Source of the DNA: a virus
Virus record (IMG/VR): IMGVR_UViG_3300046352_000068
Span: 4,256 to 68,255 of that record
Reading direction: 5' to 3' (one strand)
Length of the DNA: 64,000 nucleotides
Of this stretch, positions 28,101-38,491 are shown in pieces. How positions within the stretch are numbered: position 1 is the stretch's first letter; every line of letters starts with the position of its first letter. The translations under genes were made by a program, and so were the position numbers. The notes under the pieces are model-generated. The model had not been told where the DNA came from. It worked only from the letters and a program-made list of their open reading frames with translations, and ran no database searches.

Positions 28101-30779
28101 CTTGAACATCTTATCCATACGCTCAAACAAACGCTCACGCATAACTGGGTTAAGGATGTTTGTCTTAGCTAATGAATTAAGCAATGACTTCTGTTGTGGT
28201 TTGCTTAATGCACCACGAGTAATCATTGACTTAATCTTTTCTACTACATCTTTTCGCACTTGGTCAGTAGCTTTTTCTGCACCTTTAGCAGCCTTAGCTT
28301 CAAGTTTAATTTGGTCTTTAAGTGCAGTCATTTCATTGACTGTTACTTTCTTTTGAGTAGGCTCTCCTAATACTTTTTTAGCAGATGGAGCCTTCTTTTC
28401 TTTTACACCAAACTCTTTGTTGATATCACGCAACATTTGCTCACGAGTCACATCATCTGCTTGCTCGTACGCAACTGTTTGTTGCATGTATGCAATACCG
28501 CCTTGAACAGCCTCTTTTCTTGGGCGACCACGCTGTAATGCTTTATTAACAGCATCAATACCTTTTTGAACAGCATTAACTTGCGTTTCATCAGCAGGCT
28601 TAACCTGCTCTTCAACAACAGGTTCAGCTTTAAGTGACTTAGATGCATCAATAACCAAGATATTCTTAATACCTGGCTTCAATGTTTTTTGGTCAATATC
28701 AGTATATCTTACCGCTTCAAAACCTCTTTCTTTTAACGCATCAAAAACTTTCTTAATATCTTCTTCTGGCAATGCTTCTTCAAACCGAGGGTCGATTAAC
28801 TCAAAGAAGTTAGCATCTGTAGGTAAACCTAATTCTTCCATTATAGAATAAGCATCTGCCTCGTCAGCAATCTTACCCTTATCTAAAAAGAATTTAGATA
28901 CCTCACCATCAGACATTTTAGCATATTCATTAGCCTGACTAGCATCTTCTGATACATATAAAGGTCTACCTTCTTCTAGTGATGGTAGATTACCTCCATG
29001 AAACACTTCAATAGTTTCGGTTGGTGCTACTTCTTCTGTAGCCATCTGAATCATACCGCCTGCTTCAGGTTTTACTTCTTCTGCTTTAACATCTTCTGCT
29101 GGTAATGCTGCTAATTCTGCATCATACTTGGCATTTATGTTTTTCTTTTCATTTGTTGTTTTTGGATTTTCAATCAAATCACCTACACCATCTACTTCAC
29201 CTGACCAAACAAAAGGACGCATTGGCATTGATTTTAACTCTGCTTGCCTCCTCGCTTCTATGTCAACTACTTCTTTTCTTTGACCTTCTTCGGCAGTGCC
29301 TTGAGGTTCTGCTTGGGTGATTCCTTCCGCCACTTCTCCGCTAACTCCGGCTTCTGGCTGTACAGGTACTTCACTTGTTGTTTGCTTTTGAACGGCATCT
29401 TTTTGTTGTTTAAGGTTATTTTGTTGTTTAAGTAAATCGTCTAATAGTAACTCCTTCGCACTCTTATCCATAGATGCATCATCTATAATAGACTTAGCAC
29501 TATTAAAGTTCTCCTCTAACTTATCATCAATGTCAAATATCTGCTTCACTTGATCAGCAGATAAGTTGGCTGCAATTGCTTCGTTTTTTGCCATGATGGC
29601 TTCATTCTCCGCAACGAGTTCGTCAATCTTTTTGTTAACAATTTTGTTTACACGAGGATCAACATCATCGCCATGCTCAAGGTTGAGGCTTTGGATGGTA
29701 TTTAAGTTATTGTTTAACTTATCTCTTTGCTCTTTAGGGATTATCTTACTAGCCACATATCTACGTGCAGCACCAACACCCTCACCTGCTAAAGATACAC
29801 CACCACTCCCAACAAGACCAAGTACAGCACTATTAGCTGATTTTTTTAGTATATCAGAAATATTAATTTCTTCTCCCTTTGTTATTTTGTCTGAGGTTTC
29901 CTGAATTAAGGTAGTAGCACCCTCTGATAATCCCTCCAACCCCATGTCCTTAACAACGGATGTAACAACACCTTCAGCAATAGCTCTTGCTGCAGTAGGA
30001 GAACCAACGGCATTGCCAATTGCTTTGCCAATAATGCCACGTGTAATGCCTTCTGTTTTTTGCTCTACAACGCCATATATACCAGCATTTATCAAATCAC
30101 CAATACCAACATTGCCTTTGGATTCAGTGATATCATCGGACCGTTTGCCTGCTGCAACAGAGACACCTAATAACGCTGGATTAATTGAATAAGAAGCAAT
30201 TGCAGGTAGTGATTCTACAGTGGTTTTTAATCCTTGATAAAGAATATTTTTAACTGATTCTGCATTTGGATTGTTTTTGAATTTTATTAATTCATCAATC
30301 GCAGACACCTCTTGTTGTCTAGTCTTCTTGTATATGTCTTCCGACTTTTTATTTAAAAAATCGGTAGCCTCTTGGGATGTTTCTGCCATCTGACCCATAG
30401 GTGTAGTAGCCGATAACGAATCTCGGATCTGTTTTTTTACAGAGGAAGGTAGCTTATTGAATTCACTGGAACGACCGGTAGCACTAGCAACAATGTCTAA
30501 TGCTGCATTCTGTGCGAAAGCAGGAATAGATGCTATGTTAGCTAATGTTTTTACACCAGCCCCTTTGAGCGTATTCCAAAGGTCGTCAATCATTCCGATT
30601 TCTTCCTTATCCTCTTTTAACTGAGAACCCGATAAAGATTTCGTAGGTTGAGATACAGATTTTGAATCCAAAGTAGTGGAACTTGCTACTTGTGGTTGGA
30701 CTTTTTTTTTTACAGGTGTAGGTTTTTGAGCACCAACAATTGCCGAGCTAAAGTCTATATCTTGTTCTAATTCCGCCAT
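25125..30779 (-). CDS. Large virion/ejection (polyvalent) protein with an ART-like domain
   Basis: 1884 aa, last gene of the structural arm; VFHGG...LYVS...A.EYA...GFEAVRYTD segment. Confidence 0.7.
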   Translation of the reverse strand: MAELEQDIDFSSAIVGAQKPTPVKKKVQPQVASSTTLDSKSVSQPTKSLSGSQLKEDKEEIGMIDDLWNTLKGAGVKTLANIASIPAFAQNAALDIVASATGRSSEFNKLPSSVKKQIRDSLSATTPMGQMAETSQEATDFLNKKSEDIYKKTRQQEVSAIDELIKFKNNPNAESVKNILYQGLKTTVESLPAIASYSINPALLGVSVAAGKRSDDITESKGNVGIGDLINAGIYGVVEQKTEGITRGIIGKAIGNAVGSPTAARAIAEGVVTSVVKDMGLEGLSEGATTLIQETSDKITKGEEINISDILKKSANSAVLGLVGSGGVSLAGEGVGAARRYVASKIIPKEQRDKLNNNLNTIQSLNLEHGDDVDPRVNKIVNKKIDELVAENEAIMAKNEAIAANLSADQVKQIFDIDDKLEENFNSAKSIIDDASMDKSAKELLLDDLLKQQNNLKQQKDAVQKQTTSEVPVQPEAGVSGEVAEGITQAEPQGTAEEGQRKEVVDIEARRQAELKSMPMRPFVWSGEVDGVGDLIENPKTTNEKKNINAKYDAELAALPAEDVKAEEVKPEAGGMIQMATEEVAPTETIEVFHGGNLPSLEEGRPLYVSEDASQANEYAKMSDGEVSKFFLDKGKIADEADAYSIMEELGLPTDANFFELIDPRFEEALPEEDIKKVFDALKERGFEAVRYTDIDQKTLKPGIKNILVIDASKSLKAEPVVEEQVKPADETQVNAVQKGIDAVNKALQRGRPRKEAVQGGIAYMQQTVAYEQADDVTREQMLRDINKEFGVKEKKAPSAKKVLGEPTQKKVTVNEMTALKDQIKLEAKAAKGAEKATDQVRKDVVEKIKSMITRGALSKPQQKSLLNSLAKTNILNPVMRERLFERMDKMFKRADYQDRIKEATTFRNRIKKLSKSDTLQASVAKMAKDFAKVIPEFTDIDTYLENARQVYDAIKKPIRKAASINAVSTFTADELAKQEEKVKNTLLDQYDYLAEAGLIDASMSLAEIQSYVMSVEAGTAPDTIENEAEIRSNIKELFYSMTDIADSILEDGFNPLTNEELELDAYTKKLLKNFTSMDLDLMSIRDSYRAAEALENYIVNDIVDNMETMYQNYIGAEKAKSFEDKGVVAQSFRRVFGSKPINYLSRIWTSAFSPVKSILDLVHRSRKVGSEVFDAMGLRGISNANSQANAIVDRIEEAYSNKFQKTKPNGKNFNDIENVFERQTYASLKRSVNGTQEQKQDEFTRRKKIVEESIQELLNSKDSKLVKKGKIENAIYDKIRDASSPEQVGELIDPKNKEAVDFWVNTYKKFYPEVKQIASSVYNTVLEDDIDYTPDIFEQIVEKEVGDVGESSIYKMAFDFLNQKPSGTLMKNNRIKSLPKGRVLSFDFDYNNSVALRKMLVDIKTAPYVQQYRGFTQSPSFDKIYPDPKDRAVIKDRLNYYVNEVRSKNVATGSVDEKAAAKIIQSISRYGTSRALGSVTSFIKQGGTALINTLINLADDPASTIQGFRLLKNKDATKFLQNSGYGIANRGLESQTAIESANKVIDQVDLGSSTKVEEFVNKSSELIGKAGKIYLDNFLKQGDVIAARASWFAYYLHDLKKQGINTSNLDWKNHELNKKAADYAEDQVNLQQNVSESDMMGKFLTTKNPWTTMTRSMILPFSSFIFNAKDKITTDITILTSKASSDQDKVDAIKSLSATAAEMVLFEAMAATINSGIIIVANSILGIDEDEDEKEKRRDKYIKSATTKFATDVLSPIPNIGDTAVVALINSLADLVQSDLPEEERAKLYEYKPQSTWDALLGFIGGVPEIAVRPFIDMADTINMITSDSYTDRFGNEIELSYEDKSKLVYVLAVELLASTNILFTEAVRVNEKVKQQIEKDAR

Positions 30780-32287
30780 TTATATGTTTTGTTAGGAAAT
30801 TGTTTAATAATTTTAGCTTTAATTTCTTCGTCAGTTAAGTTTTCGCCTCTATCCTGGGCAGCTTTTCTGGCAGCATTCATATCAAATGTCATTGTCTCTT
30901 TCTTTGCGGGCTTTATATTGACACCTCTTAAGTCCGCTTCTTCAACCGCTTCATCAAAATCAGCAATTCCTTCTGATACATTTGATTTGCCTGTCATATA
31001 GGCATATGCCTGAGCTGGAGTTCTGAATTCCTGAATAACCTCTTCTTTTGTTTTACCACGAGGAATGCCTTTTAATACGTTTGTACCATCAGCTCTTTGC
31101 ACTACAACTGGCTGTCTTACTCCATTATCAATAGCCACTTGCTTAACTTCTCCAAATCTATTTAAACCACCTGTTGGATCCATAAACTCTAAAGCAGCTT
31201 TAGCTTTGTTAATATTTCTAGTCAACCTCTTCTCTTCCTTCAATTCAAATACAGAAGGTTTGTCAGCTTTCTCGGCTCTTTGAGGAGCATACCCTTGTGT
31301 CTGCGATTCTTTCTGTCCAACGCCAACTTCGATTTGGTCTCTAACGTACGCTTCTGCAGCCTTTTGCTGTGTAGGAGTTAACTTAGGCGTTAGTACACCA
31401 TTCACTCTTTCTGCTGTGATTATTTTGTCAGCAGGAACTCCTTTTGCAATAAGTGCTTTTTTCTCAGACTCTGTTTCTGCGGCTTGATATCCACCAGCAT
31501 AGTCAATTAGTATACTAGTAGCTTTAAACGGAGTTACAGTCATCGCTGTTACCTGAGCACTTACCGCTGCTTGATACTTAGGATTCTCTCTAGCATTCTC
31601 ACTAACCTTAATTTTACCCCCACCTAAATCTGTTACCTCTCCAAATTCAGCAACACGTTTTAAGAATGTAGAAATTCCGTCATTTAAATCAACCCTCTTA
31701 TCAACGATATTACTTTCGTTTATCATCGATACTGGGCTATAAACATTACTAGTACTATCTACCTTACCGGTTTGAGGATTAGCTTTAGTTCCGTAAATAC
31801 GCAATGAATCAGGATTTACATAAAGTTGGCCATCCTTAATATCTAATTGTTGTCCATATTTTTCTGAACGATATCTTCCAAATCCAGACATCTCGCCACT
31901 TTCGTTCATTTTTTGGATTTTACTTAAAATACCTGCATTTAACTTAACGGCTTTAGACACATTGCCCCAATCAGTCATAAGCGTATTTTTCTTTAGCTTA
32001 TAGTCTGACATGTTAATAGCACCTCTTTTCAATAAATCATATTGAGTTTTAAGTGCATTTCTAGCCTGATCAACACCTTTGTATAAATATTCGTTTAAGG
32101 TTTGGTCTGTCGTAGTTTCGTACTCTCCAATTTTCTGAAAGGTAGTTGCAAAATCATCTTCAATTACTTGTCGCTTATCGTCTCTGTCTTTCTTTACCTC
32201 ATTGTATTGATCAAATAATTGCGTACCAATTTTACCCCAATCTGTTGGAGGTACTTGATTACCTATATATCCTGCAAATTCTGCCAT
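30767..32287 (-). CDS. Putative internal/ejection protein
   Basis: 506 aa, position in the podovirus ejection-protein cluster. Confidence 0.55.
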   Translation of the reverse strand: MAEFAGYIGNQVPPTDWGKIGTQLFDQYNEVKKDRDDKRQVIEDDFATTFQKIGEYETTTDQTLNEYLYKGVDQARNALKTQYDLLKRGAINMSDYKLKKNTLMTDWGNVSKAVKLNAGILSKIQKMNESGEMSGFGRYRSEKYGQQLDIKDGQLYVNPDSLRIYGTKANPQTGKVDSTSNVYSPVSMINESNIVDKRVDLNDGISTFLKRVAEFGEVTDLGGGKIKVSENARENPKYQAAVSAQVTAMTVTPFKATSILIDYAGGYQAAETESEKKALIAKGVPADKIITAERVNGVLTPKLTPTQQKAAEAYVRDQIEVGVGQKESQTQGYAPQRAEKADKPSVFELKEEKRLTRNINKAKAALEFMDPTGGLNRFGEVKQVAIDNGVRQPVVVQRADGTNVLKGIPRGKTKEEVIQEFRTPAQAYAYMTGKSNVSEGIADFDEAVEEADLRGVNIKPAKKETMTFDMNAARKAAQDRGENLTDEEIKAKIIKQFPNKTYKWRN

Positions 32288-32297
32288 GTTTTATTAA

Positions 32298-33164
32298 TTA
32301 ACGTATAGATCCTGTCAAACCACTTAAACCTAAAAAGTTTTCGTATTGGCCTTGTCCATATCTAAGATTAGATAAGTAGTCGTTCTGTAATTGAGATTCA
32401 TAACCGGCTCTTGCATTATCATAGTAATTTGACGGCATACTTGTTAATGATGGAGTCATCGCGTTCATTGCATTTGCTGTGTTGGCCTGACTAACCGGTG
32501 TGTTTATTTGACCACGCATTTGTTGCAACTGAGGAGTAAGTGCTTCGTAAGCATTTTTTTGAATCTGAGTACCAGTTAGTGTACCATTTCTATTCAATCC
32601 TTGTGCCGCTTGTTGTTCAAACAAAGGTCTATTTGCTAAGCTCTGAGCCATAACATTACCAGCCGTTTGAGCTAATCCTTGAATCCCTGCATTTATTTGA
32701 CTCTGCCCTGCCGCTGCTGCACCCTGAGCACCTAACAATCTCTGTTGTTCTAAAGCAGCTTGTCTTGCTAAATTACGCTGCTCGACATTTTGTGCATTTT
32801 GTGCTTGGTATAAGTCTCTCTCGTATTGTGCTTGTTGTGCTTGTGCTGCTAAAGCTAAGTCTTCAGCACGACCTTGTGTATTCAAGGCCGTTAATCCACC
32901 AAGAACTCCTGCTGCACCAATATCTTGTAAACCTTGAAGTTGTTGTGCTTGACGTGCTTGAACGTTTTGTTGAGCCATGTCTAAACCAAGAGTTGGAACT
33001 TGTAGGTTTCTGAATCTGTCAGCCTCTTGCATTTGAGCAATAGATTGAGCTGCTTTTGCTGCGGCTTGCTGAGCTTCACCTTTGGCGTTAGCTCCTTGAA
33101 TGATATTCATCGCAGACCCACCTGCGGCAATACCTCCTAAAATTATTGTTGATGCTGCGGGCAT
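32298..33164 (-). CDS. Putative internal/ejection (pilot-like) protein
   Basis: Ala/Gln/Gly-rich helical protein with hydrophobic N-terminus. Confidence 0.55.
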   Translation of the reverse strand: MPAASTIILGGIAAGGSAMNIIQGANAKGEAQQAAAKAAQSIAQMQEADRFRNLQVPTLGLDMAQQNVQARQAQQLQGLQDIGAAGVLGGLTALNTQGRAEDLALAAQAQQAQYERDLYQAQNAQNVEQRNLARQAALEQQRLLGAQGAAAAGQSQINAGIQGLAQTAGNVMAQSLANRPLFEQQAAQGLNRNGTLTGTQIQKNAYEALTPQLQQMRGQINTPVSQANTANAMNAMTPSLTSMPSNYYDNARAGYESQLQNDYLSNLRYGQGQYENFLGLSGLTGSIR

Positions 33165-33165
33165 A

Positions 33166-33573
33166 TTATAACTGTTTTATCATTTCTGTGCAGTTTGTGG
33201 AAGACTTTTGAAATCCACAATTCTCGTATTTACTAATCAAACTATTGTTAATAAGACAAGTCCAAACTGCTTTATGTCCAGCTTCTTTACAAGCCTGTGA
33301 TATTGTTTCAATCAATAACTCAATAGCCTCGTGCCTATCCTTGTCTTTGTATTCAAAATTAGATACTATAAACTCGCAAAATGCGATTCCGGAATTCGTG
33401 AAATAGGCAAATCCTGCACATATATTCACGTTTTCTTTTGAAATCATAAAACCACCTAATCCATTGTTGGGTAACATTTCTTTCGGAGGGGCTTGCCATC
33501 TCCAATCTTGCCACCATTTTACCAACGTATTATCGTAGTCACTTTCGTTTAGTAACCTAATATTAAATTTCAT
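33166..33573 (-). CDS. GNAT-fold acetyltransferase-like virion-associated protein
   Basis: IRLL...ICAGF...KYENCGF pattern; position upstream of ejection genes. Confidence 0.55.
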   Translation of the reverse strand: MKFNIRLLNESDYDNTLVKWWQDWRWQAPPKEMLPNNGLGGFMISKENVNICAGFAYFTNSGIAFCEFIVSNFEYKDKDRHEAIELLIETISQACKEAGHKAVWTCLINNSLISKYENCGFQKSSTNCTEMIKQL

Positions 33574-33594
33574 TCTACAAATATAATTAAATTA

Positions 33595-34323
33595 TCAAGG
33601 ATAACTCTTGAAAACATCAGAAGTTACCATAAACATTTCAGTGTAATCAGTATCGCTGTTTGTGAACTCTACGCTAAGGTATGTGCCTCTTGTTGGTGTA
33701 GACTCTGCTACCGGGTTCTTTTCATAAAGAATAAAGCTACCATTAGTCGGTTCGGTTCCTGTTACATTAACTGTAACCGTTGTTGCGGTGTGTGCGGTAA
33801 TCGGCCCAATCAATGTTAGTACACCTGCGTTAACCCAATAAAGGTTGTCGCCTGTGCTAATAATGTCACCTATATTAAACGTGAACGTAAGTAATCCTGC
33901 AGCGTAAGTTGTCACATTACCAATGCCCTGAACAGATGTCATTGACACATCATTGTTTGATGAGCTCAATCTTCGAATGTAAGCGTACCAAGTTCCTTCT
34001 TTTAACTCATACCACGTCGAATCAATTTCACCAGCACCTTGGTCAGATATGATAGCTGTATCCCAAGCTGTTGTAGAGTTGGTAGCAATTGTTTTAAACG
34101 ACTTAGTTTGATACGGCTCATTATTGAACACCGTAGTAATCTTCGATGGATAAAGTACACCGTAGTAGCTGTTGCGTACCGGGTTTGAGTTATGCTTATA
34201 AAGATTACCGTTCTTGAACGTATACAAATAATTATTCATAGACACCATCCACTCAGGTAAGTATGAGTGGTATGATGTCCATCCTGACAATCTTGGTGAA
34301 TATGTTATTGTATAGTTAGCCAT
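33595..34323 (-). CDS. Tail stabilization/nozzle protein, C-terminal part encoded as a separate gene
   Basis: TITYS....GWTSYHSYLPE...YTFKNG.LY.H...KEG.W...RG.Y. Confidence 0.65.
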   Translation of the reverse strand: MANYTITYSPRLSGWTSYHSYLPEWMVSMNNYLYTFKNGNLYKHNSNPVRNSYYGVLYPSKITTVFNNEPYQTKSFKTIATNSTTAWDTAIISDQGAGEIDSTWYELKEGTWYAYIRRLSSSNNDVSMTSVQGIGNVTTYAAGLLTFTFNIGDIISTGDNLYWVNAGVLTLIGPITAHTATTVTVNVTGTEPTNGSFILYEKNPVAESTPTRGTYLSVEFTNSDTDYTEMFMVTSDVFKSYP

Positions 34324-34348
34324 TTCTTATGCAAATTTACTTATTTAA

Positions 34349-37300
34349 TTATACAGGACAACCATAAAAGGCTGTTATTTGTATTGAACCATTGTACGCT
34401 GGAGGAGGTGTGCTTTGTGTAAGCGTAGCTCCTGTGTAAGTGTAGAATGTTGTAGTTGGGAATGGTAACACATATCTTCTTCCTACAGAATCAGGAGCGA
34501 TAGTTGTATAAGCAATTCCAACACCTGGAGAACACTCAGATAACTCATAATAAGTTGTAAGAGTTGGACATCCTGTCAATCCTGTATCTGTGATTGCAAG
34601 TAACGTTCCTCCTGGGCTAGACGACAACACACTAGTTACAGTATAAGTAGAACCGCCAGATTCGACTCTATCGTTTACAGCAAAAGTACCTATTGCATAC
34701 GCTTGTGAGTTAGCAGTAGATCCGTCAGAACACTTGTATAATGCATACCAATCAAACGTAGGCGTAGGACAACCCTCTTCTCCTGTAGTTACAATTGGAA
34801 TCAATGTGCCAACTGGCTCTGTATTTAATATATCTGTAATAGTGTACGTTGCTCCATCAGAAGTAACTCGCTCATTTAAAGCAAACGAATCTTCTGCATA
34901 TTGCTCTGAATATGTTGTTGCTAATGTATCACAATTTAATAACTCGTACCAATCGTAAACCGGCGGCTTAGTGGCCTGAGTTACAGTTATAACAAGATTC
35001 TCTGTGCAACCGGATACTGTGATGTTTAAGTTTCTTGGAGCACCAAGGTTCTCAAGTACTTCTACATATATCACCTCATTGTCTGAACCATAGTTATCGC
35101 TAACTGTTAACCAGTCATTATAAGGAACCGTTACAACCCAATCCGTATTTGACTCGATGTAGAACGACTTCTTTTGAACCGTACCATCAAACGATAAACT
35201 AGTAGGCGTAACTGATATTGAGCACGTTCTTAGTTTTCTATCATTGTCAACAGATAATACATAGTGCTCAAAGTACGGATCAAACATACCTAACTTTACT
35301 ACATTGGTGTCTAAGTTTGCTTTGAACCAGTTCTTTAATCCTTGTGATGAAATCTCAAACAACCCATTAGGTTGCAAAGCTAAAACAGCACCACGTCTAG
35401 CGTCAGTAAAGAATAAGTCATTACCCCATATCGCAAAGCTCTCTGGATTAAGACTAATACCATACTCTCCTTGATAAGAAATCTGCGTTCCTAATACCTC
35501 AGGGATAGATGCCACAACACCACCTCCAGTAGAGTCGCTTAGTAAGTTCTTCCCATAAAGCACCTTAGAGATTTTATTCTCTTGGAATACCACTAAGTCC
35601 GTGTCTCTTGAGTACAGCTTCTGGATTGAGCCAAAGAATCTATCTAAATACTTAAAGTTACCAAGCGATAGGTTAAACTCATTCAATCTGTTGATAGCAG
35701 ATGTCTGAGTGTAAATACCGCTATAAGTAAGAGCTTGAACTAATGTCTGCTGCTCATATCCTTCAATAGTAGAGTTAGCACGTGGGCTAAACTGCATCGT
35801 TGCAGCATTCCAATCGTCTCTAATTCTGAAACTTTCTACTCCGTTACCGAAAGTAAATGCATTAAAGTCTGAGTTAAAATCAAGCGTATTTAAATCTATT
35901 ATCGCCGGAGCACCCAATGCAATGTCCTGATTGTCAATATTTCCATAGTGATTGCCATCGATAATAGGATACGTTTGTGAAAGCTCATAGTATATATCTT
36001 GGTTGGTGTCTACTGGAACGGTCTCAAATATAATCGAAAACTCCGATTGTTGTAATGAGAACTGGGTATCAATAGCAGGGTTTGTCCCACCTTGCTCTGA
36101 ATAAAAATACATGTAAACAGGATACGACAAGGTCACAGGTCCAATAGATGTACCTTGATCTATACTTCCTGGTCTTCCGGTTGTTAATAATTGACCTCTT
36201 CTAAAACAAACATTCTTGGGGCCAATGCTTTGTGCAGCATCGTCGTAAGCTACCCACTTTTGATATGCAGAATCTTCGATGAACCACTCCTCTATATTGA
36301 CATAATCTCTTGTCGAGATAAATGTCTGAGTAATCCATTGATCTGTTCCATTAGTCTCCTTATACTTAAACGTCAAAACAGCACCTGCCTTAATCGGCCG
36401 ATCGGTATTGTAAGCTAATGACTCACTCCAGCCATCTAATGTAAAGAATACTCCTGGAGGGAAATCGTCACCATAATCAATCGGGCCACCGAATATATTT
36501 AAACAAACATCTTGTAAGTTACCTCTACAGTTAACAACCCAGTAATCTTTAGTGGTGTGACCTGTGTTAGATAAAAATCTAATTGAACAAGTACTTCCAG
36601 AGTATGTAAGTGTTTGATCTGCTGCCGAGTTTATAGTAACACCACTGGCAACTAATGTTTTATAATTGCCATCGTAAGAAACGTAATATTTGAATGTATC
36701 TGCTACACCACCTGTAGAGTCTATCTCTACATAGAATCTAGCATCATTTGTCCCTGTGTAAACATTGCTACCACCGGTAATCATGTCATCAATACCAATA
36801 CCGTAGAATATCGACTCCTCTGCTACGTTAAATCTATTTTCAACTAACGTAGTTGCTGTACTAGGAAAACCACCTAAGTTGTCATCCTTGTAATAAGTAA
36901 CAGGAGGAAGTACTGTGCTTTCAATCTTAACCTTAAAGTAAACACCTGCAGGCTGATTTGTATCAGCACTGTTCAAGAAGTTTGCTGACTTAGATTGAAC
37001 ATCCAATACCTTATACTGAATATTGGTATTATTAGTAGCTCCTTTCAAAAACATGTAAGAACCAACAGTGATTTTATCTTGGTCTGCTTGGTTAATCAAG
37101 AACCACTTGAACTGACCGTCTTCAAAATAAGTCAATGGGAATACATTGTAGTACTCCTGCTTATCTTGCTTAATCATGAAGCGGTAATGCGTAGCAAATG
37201 CTGGCGGCTGATAAGTCCCATCAATTGTCACTCGAATGTTGTTTGCATCAATTGCGTTAGATGCAGGGATGTATATCGTGTTTGTGTTCTCCGTTGGCGT

Positions 37301-38491
37301 AATGACAGTAGTTGTTCTACCGTAATCATCCAAGTACACAATACCAATCTCGTAATCTCTATTACTCTTAAATGTAGGCGTAGGCGTGCCACTAACTACA
37401 CTGTTAGATAGTAATGATAAACTAAACTTAGGGTCAATCGGCTCCTTATTCTCTTTTACTAAATCAAAGAATTGAGTGTAGTTACCATAAACCAAACGGC
37501 TACCAATAAGCTCTTGAGACTTTGCCTTAATAGGCACGTTATCAAATAGTCTATTAACCTGCTCGATAGGCAGAACCGTAAACACCTTATTGTTCTTAAA
37601 GGTGAACGAGTACTCTGTATTGTCGTCGTAGTTATTTAAGCTCTTAACTAAGCTGTCAATAATGTATGTATTAGTGCTCTGCGTATCTCTAAACACCAAC
37701 TGAACCTCCTTCACGTTCTTTGAACCTGAATTAAAAGTAATGTCAGCAGTGTTGAAGTTGTTCACCATTGAGATGTTCTCAGACACACCATAGTCGTAGG
37801 CATACTCTTTAGGGAAGAACGCCACAGGAGAAAATGGTGCCAAAGCACTATACTCGTTATCTAAATACTTGTAACGATAAGAGAAATACAAAAACTTGTT
37901 CTCCAAGTTGTTTGCCTCACCTTCTGAATACAAGTTAATAGTTGGTGCAGACAATGGAGGTGCCAAGATGACGTTAATGTCGGCCTCAGTGAATCCATCT
38001 ACTGCATAATTCTTAGCACGATCAATGTTGATCCTACGTGGAGGATTTAGATTGTCAGTCCAGAAAAGTAGTCCGTTGATATAGTTTATGCCTGTAACAA
38101 AGAACGCCTTGTCAAAGCCAAGCAATGAAGCCGTAGTGGGTGTTGCCTTAGTGGCCTGCAACACAGGTGTAGTCGTATCTGTTAATTCATTGTATTCGTA
38201 GATAGCATCCAACGTATCAGATGCCACTAACCAATAAATACAGTTATTCGCCTCGTATGCTAACGACCCAATAGTTAATGCGTTAGTTAACTCGTAGTCA
38301 GTTCCCTTCAGAATATTACCTAAGTAGTTCTGTGCCACACCATTGTGAGACCCTTCAGAAGACACGAATGCTCCGTCAGAATCACCCACAATAATGTTTA
38401 GTGCATCTTGATATACACCATCAGGTAAAAAGTGAGGGTCAAGGTCTTTATTCATGACCCCCGAAAGGAAATTTCTTTGAAGTTCTATCAT
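34349..38491 (-). CDS. Tail stabilization/nozzle protein (P22 gp10-like) with BACON and Cys-bounded repeats
   Basis: NFLSGVMNKDLD...Y.DALN, LFWTDN.NPPR.IN, FSYRYKY.DNEYS, GNGVES, YGIS.NPESF. Confidence 0.8.
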   Translation of the reverse strand: MIELQRNFLSGVMNKDLDPHFLPDGVYQDALNIIVGDSDGAFVSSEGSHNGVAQNYLGNILKGTDYELTNALTIGSLAYEANNCIYWLVASDTLDAIYEYNELTDTTTPVLQATKATPTTASLLGFDKAFFVTGINYINGLLFWTDNLNPPRRINIDRAKNYAVDGFTEADINVILAPPLSAPTINLYSEGEANNLENKFLYFSYRYKYLDNEYSALAPFSPVAFFPKEYAYDYGVSENISMVNNFNTADITFNSGSKNVKEVQLVFRDTQSTNTYIIDSLVKSLNNYDDNTEYSFTFKNNKVFTVLPIEQVNRLFDNVPIKAKSQELIGSRLVYGNYTQFFDLVKENKEPIDPKFSLSLLSNSVVSGTPTPTFKSNRDYEIGIVYLDDYGRTTTVITPTENTNTIYIPASNAIDANNIRVTIDGTYQPPAFATHYRFMIKQDKQEYYNVFPLTYFEDGQFKWFLINQADQDKITVGSYMFLKGATNNTNIQYKVLDVQSKSANFLNSADTNQPAGVYFKVKIESTVLPPVTYYKDDNLGGFPSTATTLVENRFNVAEESIFYGIGIDDMITGGSNVYTGTNDARFYVEIDSTGGVADTFKYYVSYDGNYKTLVASGVTINSAADQTLTYSGSTCSIRFLSNTGHTTKDYWVVNCRGNLQDVCLNIFGGPIDYGDDFPPGVFFTLDGWSESLAYNTDRPIKAGAVLTFKYKETNGTDQWITQTFISTRDYVNIEEWFIEDSAYQKWVAYDDAAQSIGPKNVCFRRGQLLTTGRPGSIDQGTSIGPVTLSYPVYMYFYSEQGGTNPAIDTQFSLQQSEFSIIFETVPVDTNQDIYYELSQTYPIIDGNHYGNIDNQDIALGAPAIIDLNTLDFNSDFNAFTFGNGVESFRIRDDWNAATMQFSPRANSTIEGYEQQTLVQALTYSGIYTQTSAINRLNEFNLSLGNFKYLDRFFGSIQKLYSRDTDLVVFQENKISKVLYGKNLLSDSTGGGVVASIPEVLGTQISYQGEYGISLNPESFAIWGNDLFFTDARRGAVLALQPNGLFEISSQGLKNWFKANLDTNVVKLGMFDPYFEHYVLSVDNDRKLRTCSISVTPTSLSFDGTVQKKSFYIESNTDWVVTVPYNDWLTVSDNYGSDNEVIYVEVLENLGAPRNLNITVSGCTENLVITVTQATKPPVYDWYELLNCDTLATTYSEQYAEDSFALNERVTSDGATYTITDILNTEPVGTLIPIVTTGEEGCPTPTFDWYALYKCSDGSTANSQAYAIGTFAVNDRVESGGSTYTVTSVLSSSPGGTLLAITDTGLTGCPTLTTYYELSECSPGVGIAYTTIAPDSVGRRYVLPFPTTTFYTYTGATLTQSTPPPAYNGSIQITAFYGCPV

